Below, one piece after another: positions 8,201-18,227 of a stretch of DNA of 64,000 nt (the stretch's first letter is position 1; each line of letters opens with the position of its first letter). Source of the stretch: an uncultured Chloroflexia bacterium (lineage in GTDB: Bacteria > Chloroflexota > Limnocylindria > Limnocylindrales > CSP1-4); the NCBI GenBank assembly GCA_963805585.1, contig CAWDUR010000017.1:103818-167817 (forward strand), given 5' to 3'. The notes below the pieces were generated by a model, which made no database searches, had not been told where the DNA came from, and saw only the letters and a program-made list of their open reading frames with translations. A program made the translations under genes and the position numbers.

Positions 8201-10213
8201 TTGAACAGTCGCTTCATGCGCAACGGGCTCGTCACCCTCGTCCTCATCGTGGGTACCGCGGCGATGTTGTACCTCTTCCTCTTCAACGACGAGCCAGCCC
8301 AGACGATGCCCTACAGCGGCTCCGACGACGCCTTCCTGACGGCCGTCGCGGAGGGACGCGTGGCTTCCGTCCTCATGCGCGGCGAGAAGCTGGAAGTCAC
8401 TCTCAAGGAGAAGGATGCGGAGGGCAACAACCGCGTCGTCGAGTCCTTCGTGCCGGCGCAGTTCACCACATCGGTCCAGGCCGACATCAATGCCGCCTGC
8501 GCAACGGGCCCGGACTGCGATGCGGTCGAGTTCCGCGGCGAGCCGGCCGAGGACGGCAATGCCTTCCTCGGACTCCTCGTCTCGATGCTCTTCCCCATCC
8601 TTCTCATCGGCGTCTTCCTGTGGTTCATGTTCCGCCAGGCGCAGGGCAGCAACAACCAGGCCATGAGCTTCGGCAAGAGTCGCGCACGCATGTTCCTGGG
8701 CAATAAGACGGTCGTCACCTTCTCCGACGTGGCCGGCGTGGACGAGGCCAAGACGGAGCTCCAGGAGGTCGTTGAATTCCTCAAGTACCCCGAGAAGTTC
8801 AACTCCCTGGGCGCGCGCATCCCGCGCGGCGTGCTGCTCGTGGGTCCTCCTGGCACCGGCAAGACGCTCCTCGCTCGCGCCGTGGCCGGTGAAGCAGGCG
8901 TGCCCTTCTTCAGCATCTCCGGCTCGGAGTTCGTAGAGATGTTCGTGGGCGTCGGCGCCAGCCGCGTGCGCGACCTCTTCGATCAGGCTAAGCGCAACAG
9001 CCCCTGCATCGTCTTCGTCGACGAGATCGACGCCGTGGGTCGCCAGCGAGGCGCCGGGCTGGGCGGTTCGCACGACGAGCGCGAGCAGACCCTCAACCAG
9101 ATCCTGGTCGAGATGGACGGCTTCGACACCAACACGAACGTCATCGTCGTGGCCGCCACGAACCGGCCCGACGTGCTCGACCCCGCCCTCCTGCGACCCG
9201 GCCGCTTCGACCGCCAGGTCATCCTCGACCGTCCGGACATGAAGGGCCGCCTGGAGATCCTCAAGGTGCACGTCAAGGGTAAGCCGCTCGACAAGGAGAT
9301 CGATCTCCAGAGCGTCGCCAAGCAGTCGCCCGGCTTCTCCGGCGCGGACCTCGCCAACCTCGTCAACGAGGCCGCCATCCTGGCCGCTCGCCGCAACAAG
9401 AAGACCATCAGCACACCGGAGTTCAGCGAGGCGCTCGAGCGTGTCGTGGCCGGCCCGGAACGCAAGAGCCGCATCATCAGCGACGAAGAGAAGACCATCA
9501 TCGCCTACCACGAGGGCGGCCACGCGCTCGTGCAGCGCATCCTGCCCAAGTGCGACCCGGTGGCCAAGGTCAGCGTCATCAGCCGCGGCATGGCCCTCGG
9601 TTACACCATGGGCCTGCCCATGGAGGACCGCTACCTGCAGTCCAAGTCCGAGTTCGAGGACAAGATCGCCGGCATGCTCGGCGGCAACGTGGCTGAACGG
9701 CTCATGTTCGGCGACACCACCACCGGCTCCTCGAACGACATCGAGAAGGCCACCAACCTGGCGCGTCGCATGGTCACCGAGTTCGGCATGAGCGACAAGC
9801 TCGGCCCACGAGCCTACGGCAAGCGCGAGGAGATGATCTTCCTGGGCCGCGAGATCGGCGAACAGCGCAACTACTCCGACGACGTGGCACGCATGATCGA
9901 CGAGGAGGTTCGGGCCATCATCGACAAGGCCTACCTGCGCGCGACCGACGTGCTCACCACCTACGGGGACCGCCTGACCCAGCTGGCCGAGGCGCTGGTA
10001 GCCAAGGAGACCATCGAGGGCGACGAGTTCGCGGCCATGTTCGCGGACCTGCCTGAACCCCGCAACGAGCCGGGTGGCTCGCCGACGCCCAAGTTGGCCT
10101 CACCACTGGCTTCCGGCCGCATCTCGGACCCGGAGGCCGCCGAGAAGCCAGCCGAGGAGCTCCCACCGACGGCTCCCCTGGCGGCGCCCGGCCCGACGCC
10201 GCAGCCTGCCTGA
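8201..10213 (+). CDS. ftsH: ATP-dependent zinc metalloprotease FtsH
   Basis: 670 aa with an N-terminal TM pair, [20 protein letters not shown], the SRH region and HEGGHAL zinc site. TTG start. Pro/Ala-rich tail. Confidence 0.95.
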   Translation: MNSRFMRNGLVTLVLIVGTAAMLYLFLFNDEPAQTMPYSGSDDAFLTAVAEGRVASVLMRGEKLEVTLKEKDAEGNNRVVESFVPAQFTTSVQADINAACATGPDCDAVEFRGEPAEDGNAFLGLLVSMLFPILLIGVFLWFMFRQAQGSNNQAMSFGKSRARMFLGNKTVVTFSDVAGVDEAKTELQEVVEFLKYPEKFNSLGARIPRGVLLVGPPGTGKTLLARAVAGEAGVPFFSISGSEFVEMFVGVGASRVRDLFDQAKRNSPCIVFVDEIDAVGRQRGAGLGGSHDEREQTLNQILVEMDGFDTNTNVIVVAATNRPDVLDPALLRPGRFDRQVILDRPDMKGRLEILKVHVKGKPLDKEIDLQSVAKQSPGFSGADLANLVNEAAILAARRNKKTISTPEFSEALERVVAGPERKSRIISDEEKTIIAYHEGGHALVQRILPKCDPVAKVSVISRGMALGYTMGLPMEDRYLQSKSEFEDKIAGMLGGNVAERLMFGDTTTGSSNDIEKATNLARRMVTEFGMSDKLGPRAYGKREEMIFLGREIGEQRNYSDDVARMIDEEVRAIIDKAYLRATDVLTTYGDRLTQLAEALVAKETIEGDEFAAMFADLPEPRNEPGGSPTPKLASPLASGRISDPEAAEKPAEELPPTAPLAAPGPTPQPA

Positions 10214-10255
10214 GCGACTGCTCGGGCCACACCAAGCACACGGGGGAGGGGAGTC

Positions 10256-11647
10256 ATGACGCCCATCGAGGCTGTCGAGGCCTACCTGGCCGCGAGCGCT
10301 AGCGAGCGACTCGAGGAGTTCGTCGAGTTCCTGCGCATCCCCACCATCGGGGTGCTGAGCGCTCACCAGGACGACGTCCGATCCGGCGCCGAGTGGCTGG
10401 CGGCACGCATGCGCGCCATCGGCCTGGAGCACGTGGAGGTCTCGGAGACCGGCGGCCACCCGGTGGTCTACGCCGACTGGCTTCACGCCGTCGATGCCCC
10501 GACGGTCATCGTCTACGCGCACTACGACGTGCAGCCGGTCGACCCGCTGGACGAGTGGCTGCGGCCGCCCTTCGAGCCACGCGTCGAGTCGGGGCGCATC
10601 TTCGCGCGTGGCGCTGCCGATGACAAGGGCCAGGTGCACCTCCACCTCTGGGCGGCCAGGGCCTGGCTGCAGACGGCCGGGCGCCTGCCCCTCAACGTGC
10701 GCTACGTCATCGAGGGCGAGGAGGAGGCCGGCTCCCCCAACTTCCAGGCCTGGCTGGTGGCTAACCGCGAGCGCCTCGAAGCCGACCTCGTGGTCGTCAC
10801 CGACACGGGCTTCTTCGAAGGCAACCAGCCGGCCGTCACCGTCGGCCTGCGCGGCAACACGTACCTCCAGGTCGACGTCAGGGGTCCCAGCCAGGACCTT
10901 CATTCAGGCAGCTTCGGGGGCATCGTCCAGAACCCGGCCAACGCCCTCGTGCGCATCCTGGCCTCGTTGCGTGACGGCGAGGGCCGCGTCACGGTGCCAG
11001 GCTTCTACGACGACGTGCGCGACCTGACGCCGGTCGAGCACGAATCTCTGGCGAGCCTGCCGTTCGATGAGACCACCTTGGCGGCTGAGATCGGGGTCCC
11101 CGAGCTCTTCGGCGAGCCGGGCATCCTCCCTGTGATCCGACGCGGCACGCGGCCGACCCTCGACATCTGCGGCCTCTGGGCGGGCTTCCAGGGCGAGGGC
11201 ACCAAGACCATCATCCCAGCCCGCGCCCACGCCAAGCTGTCGGCCAGACTCGTGCCGGACATGGACCCGCTGCGCACCTACGAGCGGCTCCGCGACGCCA
11301 TCCTGGCCGTGGAGGTTCCCGGCGTAGAGGTGACGGTCACCCTGCACGACACGATGCGCCCGTTCGTCGTCAGCGTCGAACATCCCGCCGCCCGGACAGC
11401 GGCGCGCTGCCTGCGCGAGGTCTTCGGACAGGAGCCACTCTTCATCCGGGAGGGCGGCTCCATCGGGGCCGTTGCCAGCTTCGACGAGGTCCTGGGCAAG
11501 CCCGCCGTGCTGCTCGGCTTCGCGAACCCCGACGATCATGCCCACTCACCGAACGAGTCGCTGGTGCTCGCCAACTACGAGGGTGGCACCAGGACGGTGG
11601 CACGCTACTGGGCGGCCCTGGCCGAGGACGGCGGGCTGCGACCCTAG
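10256..11647 (+). CDS. M20 family dipeptidase/metallopeptidase
   Basis: YAHYDVQPVDPLDEW, ARGAADDKGQ, IEGEEEAGSPNF, HSPNE. Strong SD GGGAGGGGAG. Confidence 0.85.
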   Translation: MTPIEAVEAYLAASASERLEEFVEFLRIPTIGVLSAHQDDVRSGAEWLAARMRAIGLEHVEVSETGGHPVVYADWLHAVDAPTVIVYAHYDVQPVDPLDEWLRPPFEPRVESGRIFARGAADDKGQVHLHLWAARAWLQTAGRLPLNVRYVIEGEEEAGSPNFQAWLVANRERLEADLVVVTDTGFFEGNQPAVTVGLRGNTYLQVDVRGPSQDLHSGSFGGIVQNPANALVRILASLRDGEGRVTVPGFYDDVRDLTPVEHESLASLPFDETTLAAEIGVPELFGEPGILPVIRRGTRPTLDICGLWAGFQGEGTKTIIPARAHAKLSARLVPDMDPLRTYERLRDAILAVEVPGVEVTVTLHDTMRPFVVSVEHPAARTAARCLREVFGQEPLFIREGGSIGAVASFDEVLGKPAVLLGFANPDDHAHSPNESLVLANYEGGTRTVARYWAALAEDGGLRP

Positions 11648-11770
11648 TACCCATGGGCGTGGGCACCTAGGATGGATGGGTCGCCGTGGACATGGCCCCG
11701 ACCTTGGTAGCATCCACGGCACAGAAGCCTGTCACAAGGGAGCCTGGGGGTTTGCGCCTCCGACGCCGCC

Positions 11771-13127
11771 ATGACCGTCCCTGATGCCCCTGACGCCGCG
11801 ACGCGGCACTCGACCAGCCAGCCCGCTGGCAGTCCGCTTGCGCCGGCTGCGCCGAACCCCTCTCCGGTCGGGCCGCCCGGCGCACCGGCGGCGCCTGCCT
11901 ACCCGCCGCAGCTCGGTCCCCAGCCCCCGGGTCCGAGGCCGCCCGCACCCGCCCTCGCTCCACTGCCGCCAAGCCGGGCGATGCCGACCTCACAGCAGAT
12001 CGGCCTCGCACCACAGCTGTCCCAGCCGGGCAGCGACCCGCGCCGACCCAGCGCCATCGGGACGACCGATGAGACCGTCGGTGGCCAGGCCTGGGCCTAC
12101 GATTCAGGCCTGGGGGTCGTCGAGCCACGCAGCGCGACGCAGGTGCTCAGCACGCTGGCCGGCAAGGTGGCCGAGGGCGACGTCACGCAGTACCAGCCGG
12201 TGCCGCTCGGGTTCACTCCGCTGGACAAGTCGATCGGCGGCGGCATCCGTGCCGGAGAGATGCTGCTCATCGGTGGCGCCCAGGGCACGGGCAAGACCAC
12301 CATGGCCCTGCAGATGGCCCGCAACATCGTCATGAGCGGCCTCGCCAGCGTCCTCTACATCTGCTTCGAGCACGACGAGGAGTACCTGCTCAACCGCATC
12401 ATCGCCCAGGAATCAGTGCTGCCCAGCCTACCCAACCGGGCAGGCGGAGTGAAGCTCGTGGACGTGCGCCAGGAGATCCTGGGCACGTGGATGGCGACCG
12501 GAGGCCAGAACGCCGACCTGGGCAGCAACCCACGCCTGCGTCCGGCCCTGGAGCGGGTCAACCGCTACGGCCCCAACCTCTACCTGCTGCGCGGCTCACA
12601 GACGACCAGCACGGTCGAGAACATGAGCGCGCTCGTGCAGCGCTACAAGGAACTGGCGGGCGACCGCCGCCTCGTGGTCTTCATCGACTACATGCAGAAG
12701 GTGCCGGTGCACCCGGAGCCGGCCAACGAGGTCGAGAAGGTCACCACGGTCGTGCAGGGCCTCAAGGACTCTCGCGCTCAATTACGAGGTGCCGCTCATC
12801 TCCATCGTGGCCGCGGACAAGGAAGGCCTCAAGGCTTCCCGCTTGCGCAACCACCATCTGCGCGGATCATCGGCCATCAACTACGAGGCCGACATCATCC
12901 TCATCCTCAACGAGAAGTATCAGATCGTGGCCAAGGTCAACATCGAGTTCAACCCCTACCAGGCGCAACGCTTCCGCGACTGGGTGGTGGCCACCGTCGA
13001 GAAGAACCGTAGCGGCACCAACTCCATCGACCTGGAGTACCAGAAGTTCTTCGAGTACTCCTGCTTCGACCCCAATGGCCGCGCGGTCATGGAGAAGCTC
13101 ATCGAGGAGCGTCTCTACAACGACTGA
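11771..13127 (+). pseudogene. DnaB C-terminal-domain-like RecA-fold ATPase with proline-rich N-terminus, frame broken near 12770
   Basis: Frame 1 (11771..): about 110 aa Pro-rich, then LLIGGAQGTGKTTMALQMA (Walker A) and VVFIDYMQKV (Walker B). It continues in ORF 12789..13127 as ...GLKD / LALNYEVPLISIVAADKEG...RSGTN. One base must be skipped. Confidence 0.7.
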
Positions 13128-13179
13128 CCGACGGAGGGGGGACCGCCCAGGGTGGGGCGCTCCCGATAGACTTGCCGGC

Positions 13180-13962
13180 ATGAGCCCCCAGTCCTCAGAG
13201 CGGCTGCCCGTCACGACCCGCCCGAGCGTGGTGCTGCTCGACGTGGGCGACACGATGGTGCGCCCCGACCCGTCGTGGCGAGACATCTACGCCACGGTCT
13301 TCGCCGGCCACAGCATCGCGGCCACGGCTGAACAGTTCGAATCCGCGTTCCGCGAGGCTTGGAGGGAGTGGGAGCACGAGGGCCCCTTCGAGGCCAGCGA
13401 GGAAGCCTCCTTCCAGCGCCTCATGGCGCTCGACCGGCTTGTCTTCGACCGCCTCGGCTACCCGGACCTGCCGGAGTCGTTCTTCCGCGACGTCGACCTC
13501 GCCTTCCGGCGGCGCTCGGCGTTCTACGTGTTTCCGGACGTCATCCCTGCCTTGCGGGCCATGCGCGCTGCCGGCTTGCGGCTGGCCGTGGTCAGCAACT
13601 GGGGCTGGGCGGCCCCGGAACTCCTGCAGAACCTGGAGTTGGCGCAGCATTTCGAGGTCCTCAGCATCAGTGCTCGAGTCGGCTATCAGAAGCCCCATCC
13701 GGCCATCTTCGAGCACGCCCTCGAACTGCTTGGTGTCGACGCTTCCCAGGCTATCCACGTCGGCGACGACCCCCGGGCTGACGTCCTCGGTGCCCGCCGG
13801 GCCGGCATCGAAGCAGTCCTCGTGGACAGGCACGGCCGGGCGCACCCGCCCATCGGCGCCGACACGCCGACTGATGGCGTGACCGTCATCGCGGACCTCG
13901 CCGAACTGCTCGACGTGCTCGCGATCGCACGCCCCGCAGAGCTGGTCGGAGCCGGCCGCTGA
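13180..13962 (+). CDS. HAD-superfamily hydrolase (subfamily IA-like)
   Basis: VVLLDVGDTMV (DxD), LAVVSNWG, YQKPHP, IHVGDDPRADV. Confidence 0.8.
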   Translation: MSPQSSERLPVTTRPSVVLLDVGDTMVRPDPSWRDIYATVFAGHSIAATAEQFESAFREAWREWEHEGPFEASEEASFQRLMALDRLVFDRLGYPDLPESFFRDVDLAFRRRSAFYVFPDVIPALRAMRAAGLRLAVVSNWGWAAPELLQNLELAQHFEVLSISARVGYQKPHPAIFEHALELLGVDASQAIHVGDDPRADVLGARRAGIEAVLVDRHGRAHPPIGADTPTDGVTVIADLAELLDVLAIARPAELVGAGR

Positions 13963-14564
13963 GCCCCACGACATCACGGGTCGGCGACCAGCCCGACCGC
14001 TGGCGGCTCTTCATCGCCCTGCCGCTGCCGGCTGAGGCGCGGCGCTCCCTGTGGGCGCAGCTGGCACCCTACCGCGAGCGCCATCGCGCCGTCCGCTGGA
14101 TCCCGGCAGCGTCCTGGCACCTCACGCTGCTGTTCATCGGTTCCGTGAGCGTCCATCGCATCGAGGAGCTCGTTGCCATCGTCGACCACGCTGCGGCATC
14201 GACATCACCCTTCAGGGTGGCGGTGGCAGGCGGCGGAGGCCGGGAGCGACACGGCCAGGCCGTGGCCTGGCTGCCGGTGGACGAGGGCGCCGGGCAGGTC
14301 CTGAGCCTGGCCAGCCATCTCGCCATCGACTGCCCGGCCGACCTGCCGACCAGCGGTCCCCCTCGCCGAACCCCCTCAGCGCACCTCACCGTGGCCCGCA
14401 GCACCGATCGCGTAGTGATCGACGACCTGGCCTCCGAGCGCTGGGGGCGTCCCGATGCACGCTGGCGGGCCGACCGCCTGACGCTCCTGCGCAGCCATCT
14501 CCAGCCAACTGGCGCCCGATACGAAACGCTCCACGAGGCCGCGTTGTACGCTGCAGGGGAGTGA
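13959..14564 (+). CDS. thpR: RNA 2',3'-cyclic phosphodiesterase / 2'-5' RNA ligase family (ThpR/LigT); start codon unresolved
   Basis: Two HxTx motifs (WHLTLLFIG and AHLTVARS) and an N-terminal RWRLFIALPLP. The frame is open from 13875, but there is no ATG/GTG/TTG before the first motif. The only candidate is CTG 13959, which overlaps the HAD stop (CTGA). Confidence 0.65.
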   Translation: MSPTTSRVGDQPDRWRLFIALPLPAEARRSLWAQLAPYRERHRAVRWIPAASWHLTLLFIGSVSVHRIEELVAIVDHAAASTSPFRVAVAGGGGRERHGQAVAWLPVDEGAGQVLSLASHLAIDCPADLPTSGPPRRTPSAHLTVARSTDRVVIDDLASERWGRPDARWRADRLTLLRSHLQPTGARYETLHEAALYAAGE

Positions 14565-14619
14565 GCCGGGTCACCGGCTGTGGCAGCCGGGCCCTGGCGG
14601 GCCAGGAGGGAGTCGATCG

Positions 14620-15981
14620 ATGGCACTGACCCGCACGAAGTTCGTCCTGCCCGAGGAGCGCATCCCGCGCGCCTGGTACAACATCAACGCGGACCTGCCC
14701 GTGCCGCTGTCACCGCCGCTACATCCGGGAACCCTGCAGCCGGTCGGTCCCGACGACCTGCTGCCCCTCTTCCCCATGGCCCTCATCGGCCAGGAGATGA
14801 GCATGGATCGAGAGATCGAGATCCCCGATCCGGTCCGCCAGGCCTACACCATGTACCGACCCTCGCCGCTCTTCCGCGCCCACCGACTGGAGAAGGCGCT
14901 GGGCACCACAGCGCACATGTATTACAAGTACGAGGGCGTCAGCCCGGCCGGCAGCCACAAGCCCAACACCGCCATCCCGCAGGCCTTCTACAACAAGGAG
15001 GAGGGCGTCACCCGCCTGACCACGGAGACCGGCGCCGGGCAGTGGGGTTCGGCCCTCTGCCTGGCCGGAGCGCTCTTCGACCTCGAGGTCATGGTCTACA
15101 TGGTGCGGGCCTCCTACGATGCCAAGCCGGGGCGCCGCAACCTCATGCACATGTATGGCGGTGAGGTCGTCGCCAGCCCTAGCGAGCTGACGGTCTTCGG
15201 GCGCGCTGTCCTTGCCCAGACGCCGGACACCCCCGGCTCGCTGGGCATCGCCATCAGTGAGGCTGTCGAGGACGCCGCTGGCCGCGATGACTCGCGCTAC
15301 GCACTGGGCTCAGTGCTCAATCACGTCCTCTTGCATCAGACCGTCGTCGGCCAGGAGGCCATGGAGCAGATGGCGATGGCCGGCGAGAAGCCGGACATCC
15401 TCATCGCCTGTACGGGCGGAGGCTCGAACTTCGCTGGCCTGACCTTCCCCTTCATCGGTCAGAAGCTGCGCGGCGAGGCCGACTACCGGTTCATCGCCGC
15501 TGAGCCGGCGGCCGCCCCCAGCATGACACGCGGCATCTACGCCTACGACTTCGGTGACACCGGCAAGATGGCACCCGTCGTCAAGATGCACACCCTGGGC
15601 CACGATTTCGTGCCCGATCCCATCCACGCCGGCGGGCTGCGCTACCACGGCATGGCGCCGCAGGTCAGCCTGCTCAAGGACCAGGGCATCATCGAGGCGC
15701 GCGCAGTGCTCCAGAGCCGCACCTTCGAAGCGGCGCGCATCTTCACGCAGGCTGAAGGCATCCTGCCGGCGCCGGAGCCATCGCACGCCATCGCCGTCGC
15801 CATCGACGAAGCGCGTAAGGCCACGGAGGCGGGCACGAGCCCGGTCATCCTCTTCAACATGTGCGGTCACGGCCACTTCGACGCCTCCTCGTACGATCGT
15901 TTCCTGGCCGGAGAGCTCGAGGATCTGGAGCTGCCCGAAGAGCGCATCCAGCATGCCCTGGAGACCATCCCTGCCGTCTAG
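14620..15981 (+). CDS. trpB: TrpB-like PLP-dependent enzyme (tryptophan synthase beta chain 2, TrpB2 type)
   Basis: 453 aa with the long TrpB2-type N-terminus (IPRAWYNINADLP), PLP lysine motif GSHKPNTA and GGGSNFAG. No trpA adjacent. Confidence 0.85.
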   Translation: MALTRTKFVLPEERIPRAWYNINADLPVPLSPPLHPGTLQPVGPDDLLPLFPMALIGQEMSMDREIEIPDPVRQAYTMYRPSPLFRAHRLEKALGTTAHMYYKYEGVSPAGSHKPNTAIPQAFYNKEEGVTRLTTETGAGQWGSALCLAGALFDLEVMVYMVRASYDAKPGRRNLMHMYGGEVVASPSELTVFGRAVLAQTPDTPGSLGIAISEAVEDAAGRDDSRYALGSVLNHVLLHQTVVGQEAMEQMAMAGEKPDILIACTGGGSNFAGLTFPFIGQKLRGEADYRFIAAEPAAAPSMTRGIYAYDFGDTGKMAPVVKMHTLGHDFVPDPIHAGGLRYHGMAPQVSLLKDQGIIEARAVLQSRTFEAARIFTQAEGILPAPEPSHAIAVAIDEARKATEAGTSPVILFNMCGHGHFDASSYDRFLAGELEDLELPEERIQHALETIPAV

Positions 15982-16035
15982 CACCGATCGAATGCTGGTT
16001 CCGGGCGCCCGCGTGGATGGGCGCCCCAGCCGGCC

Positions 16036-16653
16036 GTGAGTCCTCTCTCCCGACCCGCGGGCGACGCCCGGGGGGAACTCGTCCTGGGCCTGCCGCGCGC
16101 CCGCGTGCTGGGTAGCGATGCGTGGACGGGCGTCCGAGACGTGGACGTCATGCCCACGCTGGCCCGTATCGCCGCGGAGGGTGAGTATCGGCCCCGCGAC
16201 GAAGCGGAAGAAGATCCAACCTGGAAGCAGGTCATCCCGTACTTGTTGTTGCGCGACGGGGGGCGCATCTTCCTCATGCGGAGGACGAAGGCCGGCGGTG
16301 ATGCCCGCCTCCACGAGCGCTGGTCCATCGGGGTAGGCGGCCACCTGGGGCCCGAGGACGAAAGCATCGAGGCCGGCCTACAGCGCGAGTTCCGCGAGGA
16401 GCTGGTGGCCGACTGGCAGCCCCAGCTGCGCTTGCTGGGGCTGCTCAATGACGATCGCACGCCTGTCGGACGGGTCCACCTGGGCATCGTGTTCGAGACC
16501 GACGCAGCCGGTCGAGAAGTGTCAGTCCGTGAGACCCACAAGCTCTCCGGGGCCTTCGCGGAGCTTCCCGAGGTGCGGCGCGGCTACGAGCGCCTAGAGA
16601 CATGGAGTCAGCTCCTGTTCGACTTCGTGCAGCCGGGCGAGCGGCGGAGCTAG
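16036..16653 (+). CDS. Nudix-like hydrolase domain protein
   Basis: WKQVIPYLLLRDGGRIFLMRR...GGHLGPEDESIEAGLQREFREEL is a divergent Nudix box (REFREE core, spacing off by 2). Confidence 0.55.
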   Translation: MSPLSRPAGDARGELVLGLPRARVLGSDAWTGVRDVDVMPTLARIAAEGEYRPRDEAEEDPTWKQVIPYLLLRDGGRIFLMRRTKAGGDARLHERWSIGVGGHLGPEDESIEAGLQREFREELVADWQPQLRLLGLLNDDRTPVGRVHLGIVFETDAAGREVSVRETHKLSGAFAELPEVRRGYERLETWSQLLFDFVQPGERRS

Positions 16654-16790
16654 GCGCTTCCTCCCGGACGGCCCGCTTCACAGGGTGTATCCCGCAGCGT
16701 CGCCACCGACCGGCCTCTAGCTGGATGTGAATGACGGCAGGCACCGCCCGGCGGACAGGTGATGGGATAATCCGTGTCAAGGAGCGACCC

Positions 16791-18224
16791 ATGGCCGACC
16801 ATCATTCGCTACGCATCAGGCTCGTCCGAGCGGCGTTGCTCCTCGTGGGCGCACTGGCGTTGCTGCTCGGCGGGACGCTGGCACAGGACGAGCGCCGCGT
16901 GGTCGTGCTGCCCGCCACGGGCGTGGTCGACCAGGTCATGGCCGGCTACCTCCGGGAGGGCATCGCCTCGGCCGATGCCAGCGGGGCTGTCGCCGTCGTC
17001 ATCGAGCTCGACACGCCCGGCGGCTCACTGGAAGCGACGCGGGACATCGTCCAGGCGCAGCTGAACGCCCAGATCCCGGTCCTCGTGTGGGTCGGCCCGT
17101 CCGGCAGTCGTGCTGCCAGCGCAGGGACCTTCCTGACCCTGGCGGCCCACGTGGCGGCCATGGCTCCGGCCACCAACATCGGTGCCGCCACGCCCATCTC
17201 GAGCGATGGCTCGGACATCCCCGACGACCTTGGCAAGAAGGTCCTCGCGGACACGATCGCCACCATCACGTCCATCGCCGAGGAGCGGGGACGCCCGGTC
17301 GCTTGGGCCGTCAGCACCGTCAAGGAAGCCGCCTCCTACACCGTGGACGAAGCGCTGGCCGCGGGAGCCATCGACATCAAGGCCACTTCCATCAACGACC
17401 TGTTGGCCCAGGCGGATGGCCGGGTCGTCGAGTTGGCCGGCCGCGAGTCGACACTTCAGACGGCCGGGGCAGCGGTCGAGCGAGTGGACATGAACCCGCT
17501 CCAGGGGTTCCTGCACCTGCTTTCCGACCCCAACATCGCCTTCATCCTCTTCACGCTGGGTTTCTACGGACTCTTCTTCGAGCTGCAGAACCCCAACTGG
17601 GTGACCGGCATCCTGGGCGCTTTCGCCATCATCCTGGCCTTCATCGGCTTCGGCAGCCTGCCCCTCAACATCGCCGGGCTGCTGCTCGTCGGCCTGGCAC
17701 TCATCCTCTTCCTGCTCGAGATGACGATCACCAGCCATGGCCTGCTCGCCGTCGGCGGCCTCGTGGCCTTCGCGCTCGGTGCATCGGCCTTCTACACGCA
17801 GCCGGGTGATCCGATGGCACCGACGGTGGCGGTGGCCTGGCCCATCATCGCCGTCATGACCGGACTGACGGCCCTGGTCATCGGTGGCCTGGTCGTGCTC
17901 GTCATTCGGAACCGTCGCGCACCGCAGCTGGCCATGGGTGCCAGCCACATCACGCAACCGCTCGTTCCACTCGGCACGCAGGCGGTGGTGCGCCGCGACC
18001 TCCTGCCCGACGGCAGTGTCTACGCGGCCGGCGAGGAATGGACGGCGCTCGCGCAGGACGGCGGCACGCTGGCGCGCGGCACGCCGGTGCGCGTCGTGGG
18101 GCATGATGGATTGACGCTCATCGTGGAGCGCCTGCCCGATGTTGACCCCGTCGCAGGCCGGGCGGCCGTGGGTTCCCCGCGGCTGCGCCCCCGTGACGAG
18201 ACACGCGCTGAAAGGACGGTCTGA
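16791..18224 (+). CDS. NfeD-family membrane-bound ClpP-class serine protease
   Basis: Signal/TM, a ClpP-like domain (IELDTPGGSL, GSRAASAGTF), a multi-TM block and a C-terminal OB-like domain. AAGGAG SD before ATG 16791. Followed by an SPFH gene. Confidence 0.85.
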   Translation: MADHHSLRIRLVRAALLLVGALALLLGGTLAQDERRVVVLPATGVVDQVMAGYLREGIASADASGAVAVVIELDTPGGSLEATRDIVQAQLNAQIPVLVWVGPSGSRAASAGTFLTLAAHVAAMAPATNIGAATPISSDGSDIPDDLGKKVLADTIATITSIAEERGRPVAWAVSTVKEAASYTVDEALAAGAIDIKATSINDLLAQADGRVVELAGRESTLQTAGAAVERVDMNPLQGFLHLLSDPNIAFILFTLGFYGLFFELQNPNWVTGILGAFAIILAFIGFGSLPLNIAGLLLVGLALILFLLEMTITSHGLLAVGGLVAFALGASAFYTQPGDPMAPTVAVAWPIIAVMTGLTALVIGGLVVLVIRNRRAPQLAMGASHITQPLVPLGTQAVVRRDLLPDGSVYAAGEEWTALAQDGGTLARGTPVRVVGHDGLTLIVERLPDVDPVAGRAAVGSPRLRPRDETRAERTV

Positions 18225-18227
18225 CCG

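Noticed and set aside
8108-9523. 471-aa minus-strand ORF overlapping ftsH, and similar long antisense ORFs (1524..2840 and 2461..3651 opposite the helicase; 22716..23810 opposite topA; 24955..26208 opposite xer; 26571..27650 opposite murJ; 28761..29924 opposite femAB; 33253..34911 opposite relA; 37469..39415 opposite murC; 53931..54971 opposite rny; 56061..57149 opposite recA; 61919..63394 opposite EF-G)
   Set aside because: These are typical stop-poor antisense or off-frame ORFs in very GC-rich DNA. Their translations are Arg/Gly/Pro/Ala-rich with no motifs, and the opposite strand encodes unmistakable conserved proteins.
15989-16002. CGAATGCTGGTTCC between trpB2 and the Nudix gene, a similar GAAT-N4-GTTC at about 13341-13352 inside the HAD gene, and GAACATGAGTAC at the antitoxin start
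   Set aside because: Each has one or more mismatches in the conserved GAAC/GTTC cores. They lie in coding sequence or lack any link to DNA repair. At this stringency many chance matches are expected.
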